Origin: Thalia democratica
Lineage: Eukaryota
DNA length: 64,000 nucleotides
NCBI GenBank assembly: GCA_965202585.1
Contig: OZ241827.1
Location: 51,150,001-51,214,000 of the forward strand
Reading direction: 5' to 3'
Positions within the stretch are counted from its first letter, which is position 1. The number at the start of each line of letters is the position of its first letter. Positions 50,113-64,000 of this stretch are shown here, in pieces. The notes under the pieces are model-generated. The model worked only from the letters and a program-made list of their open reading frames with translations. It was not told where the DNA came from and made no database searches. The translations under genes were made by a program, and so were the position numbers.

Positions 50113-51857
50113 ATAAGCTTTTATTTAAGATCTAGTTATTTTAGCGTAAAGATATTCACCTACATTTGTTGTATATTTTATTGTAAAATAAAAATGCAAA
50201 TGTGGAATGTTGTTTAATAACAAACTCGATTTGTTATTGGTCGTTAAATTAAGTTCAAGAAATTCTACGTATTTCAATATAAGCATTAAAAATAACTATT
50301 AATTACAGTTTTTGAGTACAATCCTAATATTTTATTTTGCATGACAGTAAACCCTAAAAAGAACTACTACAAGTTAAAGTGTTTAGATATTTTACACTAG
50401 AAGTAGAAGTAGGTGCATTTTAATTTTTTAAGTTCTAAAACTATTGTTAAGCAGTCAAAAATACTATTTTGAACATTTTTAAAACCCCCTTTTTTTAAAA
50501 TTCTGTTTATAAGTCACTATAGAATAATTTAAAGAGTTATCATCTTTTTTATTACTATGATTTTTATACCGTAAAAGTTTAACAAAAACATAATTTCAAC
50601 AAACTTTAATCTAATAAGTTATGCAACTAAAAGGATATTTAATAACTAACTATGACCTTCTTTTACCTTAAAGTAGTTAAAACACAAATACTTATTTTTA
50701 CTAAAACTTTTTTTCATCAAAATGGTCATAATATTCATCTAGTGTACGTAAATTAAGAGTGAAATTTTTAAAGAATATTGGTCTGTGTAGTTAAGTATAC
50801 AAAGTTATACTTTTTTTTAAGTCACAAATTACTAGCAATAAAAAAGAAATCTGGCAGTGTTTTGAAAACGTTAATGAAAGATATATTTCAACACGAGGTT
50901 TTCAATTAGTTTTAATCATTATGTTAATATGCTAATCATTAATTGTCAACAACCTTTTATCATAGTCAAAGGGTTTGGCAAAGACCTTTTATAATTTAAC
51001 TAGAAAACCTATGTGACCTGCTATTCTATAATTGAGAAAAGTATTCTCTTTTCCAATTAAACAATAAACAGTCTTTAATAAATATTGAAGTATTTTTATT
51101 TATTAACAACTATCTATTATACAAAACTACTCATATTTTACAAAAATTTATACATTAACGACACAAACTAATAAATAATATAACTATTGACAATTTATAG
51201 TTAATTGTTTGCTAATAAAGATCCTATAGAACTCCTAAACACACATAATCATGTGTTAGTTTAATAAACAAAGGGTACTGTTTAAATTTGTTATTATTAT
51301 TTAATACAACAAATTAATAATTCTTAAAATTGTTGTAAATGCTTTTAAAACAACAAATTGAACTAAGAAATTTAAAAAATTACCTTTTTCAATTCTTGTT
51401 ATGAAGTGTAGTATACTTACTTTATTTTTAAATCTATAATACAGTTTTAAGTAATAAAAAGGTAGTAAACTTTAACTAAAGTTTTTTAGTAGGTTTTAAA
51501 AATAGTGTTTTGTTGCTTAAAAAATTAAAAATATTTTTAAATATTTTATTTTTTATAAATCTTTTACTTATTTGTTTAAACGGTTTTGTTAAAGTTTAAA
51601 AAAATTGTATACCAGGGTGTCCCAAAAAGTTTTTATTATTACCCCTTGCAGAAAATTAAAAAGTAATTGCCATCCTTCGTTTAGGGATCGGCTGGCATTT
51701 AGTGGTCTAGGAAAAAAATCGAATACAAATATCCTCGAGGGCCGCGATTGTAGTTTTCGTCACAAGTTGATCTGTAACAAATTTACCCTGTTATTAAATT
51801 AAATTTAAGTTTTAGCCATTTTCGTCATTTGGCGGTTAATGTTTTCATTGTTTTAGA

Positions 51858-51984
51858 GTTGTTGTTAATGTTTATTGAACGAAAAAAAAGTGCTCAAATG
51901 TTTGTCAAAGGACCTGGTGTACGAAAAAACCTTTCGGTTATCGAGTCATACACCAGGATACAGTTTAAAGCCATGTCCAGGACA
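51858..51984 (-). mobile_element. Short retroposon-like repeat, best-preserved copy
   Basis: CCTGGTGTA (51913-21) pairs with TACACCAGG (51949-57). Inner AACC-TTTC-GGTT hairpin. Closely similar to 28749-28877. Confidence 0.6.
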
Positions 51985-54044
51985 TAATGTATTTTAATTT
52001 GAGAATTTGAATTTAAAATTTGCATTTTGAGAAGTTATTCTTTTTGGTGTTGTATTTCAAAAGTATTAAACATTAAAAATTTAAAACTAGTTGTTTTGAA
52101 TTTATAAAGTTTTACACTTAATTTAAAATTTTAAAATAAAGTTTTGAAGACTACTTATCTATATTATATTTCCTGGTATTTAATATTCAAATTATTAAAG
52201 ATGGATCAGGGAAATGTTGGTCAGGCTCCCAGCACCAAACGCTCTAAGCGTTTGGCTGTAAAAAAATAAAAATAAAAATAAAAAGTCTAGTGAAGTAGCC
52301 TCTTCATACAGGCCAGGGTTATAGACCTTTTCATACTCTTAATTACAAACCTCAAAATGTCTATTATAAGTTAGTTTTTTACCCATTTACTTTTCTGCCG
52401 CCTTGCTAGTTAAGGACTAAAATAGTTTATCAAAATAAAAAGCAAAAACAAAGTTATATTACAGCCGAAAAAATATATTTATACTATGTTATAAACAAAT
52501 AATTTTTAACTAAAACTCAAATTAGTTCTAGAAACGAAATTTTAGTACAAAAATTTTGGTTTTTTAGTCAGTTTCATTGATTAAAATATTTTAAAGTTGA
52601 CTTCATGTTTTTATTGATTTCTTTCAATTTATGTAAATACAATTCAATTAAAATGCACTTTAGAAATCTCTTTTACAAATACTGTTCATAAAACAGTCTA
52701 TAAATTTGACTTTCTAAAGTACAGGTGTTTTTTAAGGTCGCATCTAAGTTGACTGTTAAAAAATCTGCGTATTCTTAACCTAAAATTAGTAAGAAATTAT
52801 TTTTAAGTTGATACTAAAGCTTGTTGTAACTACAAGAATAATTGTAAGATGAACTGTTTCCGTTACTTACTGAAACATTAAATTTAGTACTTAAAAAAAT
52901 CGATGGTTTATTTCAAGGTTAAATTATATTAAAAAATAACAAATTCTGTCTAACATTTAAAGAGTTCATACTAACATATCAAAAGTATTGTATGAATACT
53001 TTTGTGAGTTTTTTAATAAGTAAAGTACTTTAAAACTGTACATTTTTGGAAAAAAGTAAGCTATTATTAAAAAAAACTGTGTACCATTAGTATCAAGAGT
53101 TTATCGCCAATGTATAAAATGCTTAGTCTTAATTTACAGTTGATTTAAGAAAAAAACTGAAATATTAAAAATGTGCACATATTTAGGACTTAATTGTTTT
53201 TCTTTGTAATAAAATCAACAATTGTTATTTATAGTTTTAGTGTAAAGGGTAATTTAATCCTTTAAGTGATCATAATTTTACATCTGATACTTTTTAACTA
53301 TTGCTATTTTTCTTGACTATTGGAATATTATAACACAAATTATAATAGTTGAAAATAAGTTTTAAAACTTAACATTATACATGAAATTTGAAGCTTATTA
53401 TGTAACCAGTTAATTAGTTCATAAGTTTTACACTTGGTTTCTTTCTATACTAAGCATATATTACAGCTTTTACTGTATATATATTTTTTTAATAGTAATT
53501 ATTCTAAAATCTAATATCTAAGTCCTATGAAGAACATATATTCTAAGAAAAACTCCTGTTTATATAATAAATGTATTTTTTCTAAAACTATACTTTTTGA
53601 AAATATAAAGTATTTGGTTATTAATTCGTTTTAAATTGACGATAAAACAATAACACTTTTTAAGTTTTAGTTTAACGATCCTTCCTTAAACTACAGATTT
53701 ACAAATAGACCATTTAGTCTCAGAATCAAAAAGATCTAAAGTTTGCTTCATCAAAAAGTCAGTCTGAGCTGCCATAAAAAGGTTATTTTTTAAGTTATAA
53801 ACAAATCATCAGTATGAAAGTTTAAACTTTTGTCAACATTTCAATTTAACAGTAGATAAGAAGTCTTTTCAGTTAAAACATACATTTACTAAATAATAAA
53901 TAAAATACAAGTAAAATTTTTTTAGTAAAATATAAAATAATTAACTATGATTTTAAACAAACAGGTTAAGTCTGAAAATTTTAACGAAACCAGTAAAATT
54001 TTAACCTTTAGAGTTTGTTTCATATATATTGTGCATTGGAAGAT

Positions 54045-54120
54045 AAAAAAAGCGTTCAAAAAGCTTAGTCTAAAGACTTGGTGTACGAAAAAACTTTTCG
54101 GTTAACGAGTCGTACACCAC
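54045..54120 (-). mobile_element. Short retroposon-like repeat, truncated copy
   Basis: TTGGTGTACGAAAAAACTTTTCGGTTAACGAGTCGTACACCA core. Confidence 0.55.
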
Positions 54121-54280
54121 ATTACAATTGATAAATAGTTTATTATTTTGAAAATATAAAATATTATGTAATAAAGCGTTAAATCTTAGAGTTCTAAACA
54201 GGCAGAACTGATTGAAAAACCAAAACAACTGTTTTTACACATACTTTATTTACTTTGTAATATTTTTTTAATACAATTAC

Positions 54281-54538
54281 TTACGCAATTACGTATTGAC
54301 TCACGGCGTTTCACTGCACATAAAATATGAACAGGTCAATGAAGTCTATGAAATATCAATTTGCGTTGAAAAGCATGCAAAACTATATACTTATGTGACA
54401 TAAGTTTGACTTATGTTTTATTCACAATAAACATATATCTCTAACTAAGGACTCAAGCAGTAAAATTTACAGACCCCGTAGAGCTGTTTATAGTTTATGA
54501 GCAACGTAACGCCGTAAGTCAATACAGTAATTGCGTAA
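54281..54538. mobile_element. MITE-like element with ~30-bp inverted ends
   Basis: TTACGCAATTACGTATTGACTCACGGCGTT vs AACGCCGTAAGTCAATACAGTAATTGCGTAA. AAAACAACTGTTTTT/AAAACAGTTGTTTT outer repeats may extend it. No TSD identified. Confidence 0.65.
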
Positions 54539-56203
54539 AAAAACAGTTGTTTTCTTACAAAATTATATAAACTAAGCTCTAGCGAAAAACTAAGTTCAGC
54601 CAGAGAATCTCAAAAGTAAGTTTAAGAAGTTTCTCATGTTGCTTGTTGGTATTTTTAATAATAAAACTTTATTTAAAACATTAAGACTTTTAAAAATAGA
54701 CTACGACTGACAACGTATAATGAAGTTTTTGATTGTTAGTTTGACTACTTTTTTTACAAGAAATTTTATTGTTTAATTTGTTTTTAAAGTTTTAAATCTT
54801 CGTTTTACCTCTTAAAATTTTAAGATCTAACTTATATTTAAAGTAGTTTTTAAATATTTAGGTAATTTTTTTTGTTAATATTTTAAAGCAGAAAGCAGTT
54901 TAGATTTATTAAATAAAAACGGTAAAGTTAAATTTTTTTTTATATAACGTAAAAACGTTTTTATTTTCTATGTTAAAAAAATTTAAAGTCATTTTCAAAT
55001 TCAAACTTTTTTTTTACTTTATCAAACATTAAGCTGTCAGTTTTCAACAGTACCATATGATTTACGCACTTTATTAAATTAACTTATACAAGACTGGCAT
55101 TTGAACTCATTGAATTAACTTGCGCCTGCCACTTGCGCTATATAGCGTCACTTGAAAGGTCAAATCCGCTGTTAAGTGCGATTGATTTGACCTTGAAGTC
55201 TGCAAAAATTTTGCAGCTGCCACAAGTTTCCTCTCGACATTGTATAATTGCGTAAGTGTGCGAATGTACTTATAAGTACATAGTACAAGTAAACAAACAG
55301 ATCATTAGAATTAATACAATGTTTCACTGCTATATACAGATTTTTGAGATTTTCAGTTGTTATCTAAATCTTATTCAAATAAAAAAACCTAATTGAATCT
55401 TATTCGTCTCCTAATATGTGCATAAGTAAAGAACTTTTTATAGTTCAATTAAAAAAAAAATTACAATATCAAAACTAAATAAAGACAACAGCATTTTTGA
55501 TGCAAGGGTTTATTTCTGGATTTCACGCTAAAAAACGTATAATTGAGGTAAAGAACAATAAATAAAAAAGATCAAAGTTCATAAAATCAGTAATCAAATT
55601 TAAGTGCTTCACCAAAGTCAAGTCGGTAGTTTCTGGGTAATGGCAAGTTTTAAGGGCTAATATCTTTTTATTATTGTAAAACCTTTCTAAAACGCTCATT
55701 TAAAATAAACAAAATTTAAATGTTTCAACAACAAAGATGGAATTGTTGTTCTCGTAACCAAAGTAGTTTCATATACACATACAATAAACATTTAGAATGC
55801 ATTAGTGAGACACGAATGCAAATTCGGTACAAAAAGAACATTTTGATGGTTTAAATCTTGCCAAAACAGATGTAGTCAAACGAACCGAAGAGTCCTGCAA
55901 AACAAAACTGTTTAAATTTATTTTTCTAATAGCCTCTTTTATCAAATGAAAATGAGCATAAAACATTCATTAATTTTAAGCATTTTAAAACGTATATAGT
56001 CGGGTTCGTGAAACTTTTAACGGATAAAAACACATAATTTTTTAAATCCAATATGTTTTTATATAGTGAATATACAGCAAAGTTCGTATTCACTTAGAAG
56101 TTCAAGGTTTACAAAGCCAAAAGTATACGTAACACGTTTAAAATCAAACGGCAAAATATCACAAAAACCCACTGAGGTGAAAGGCACTTGCGGCCGTGAG
56201 CGC

Positions 56204-63740
<7,537 letters not shown>

Positions 63741-64000
63741 CTGTTTTGTTTTGTTTTTGTTGACACAACTCATAGAAATTTTCGTAATGCAATTTCATAG
63801 TTAGGTTTAAAAATTACGAAGTTCATAATTGCGTAATGATGTTAAAATAGAGCTTTAAAAAATACTTGCATTTTTTACACTAGTTTGAAGTTGAAAACGT
63901 AAAACATCTTTTTGCTTCAAAAAGTAATAGATTAAAAAAATATCTGAAAATTTCTGAAACATTTATATAGAAAATAGTAGTAAATTGAAACAAACGTTTA

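Noticed and set aside
51607-51800. CAGGGTGTCCC transposon-like end with a 65-aa ORF
   Set aside because: No matching opposite end or TSD and no transposase similarity; at most a truncated remnant.

Overview
AT-rich, intron-containing genomic DNA from an invertebrate animal; the species cannot be fixed from the sequence alone. There are no prokaryotic features, RNA genes or CRISPR arrays. Gene content: (1) a 3-coding-exon, 264-aa gene (minus, 7503-11556) for an uncharacterised protein with GSFGGTY / DPYGWFxWYCRFY / RQIxRW / RQxLLHWGYEL motifs; (2) an intronless-CDS SUV39H/Su(var)3-9-type H3K9 methyltransferase (minus, 12873-14492); (3) a decayed, intronless Ariadne-type RBR E3 ligase pseudogene (plus, 21214-22670); (4) two tandem striated-muscle-type myosin II heavy chain paralogs on the minus strand. 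Copy A is complete (34 coding exons, about 1961 aa, 33335-46056, TATA promoter near 48.49 kb). Copy B is 5'-truncated by the window edge (56204-63740). The most striking structure is in the myosin pair: near-identical and strongly diverged segments alternate (gene conversion-like), six introns are present in A and precisely absent in B, exon GC content varies, and A has a predicted basic M-A-P-R N-terminal extension. The rest is non-coding and carries non-autonomous elements: hAT-type MITEs with 8-bp TSDs, foldback hairpins, and a stem-loop/(AAT)n-tailed short repeat family. Exon coordinates were read by hand from GT/AG boundaries and reading-frame continuity. Nothing was computed or database-searched.
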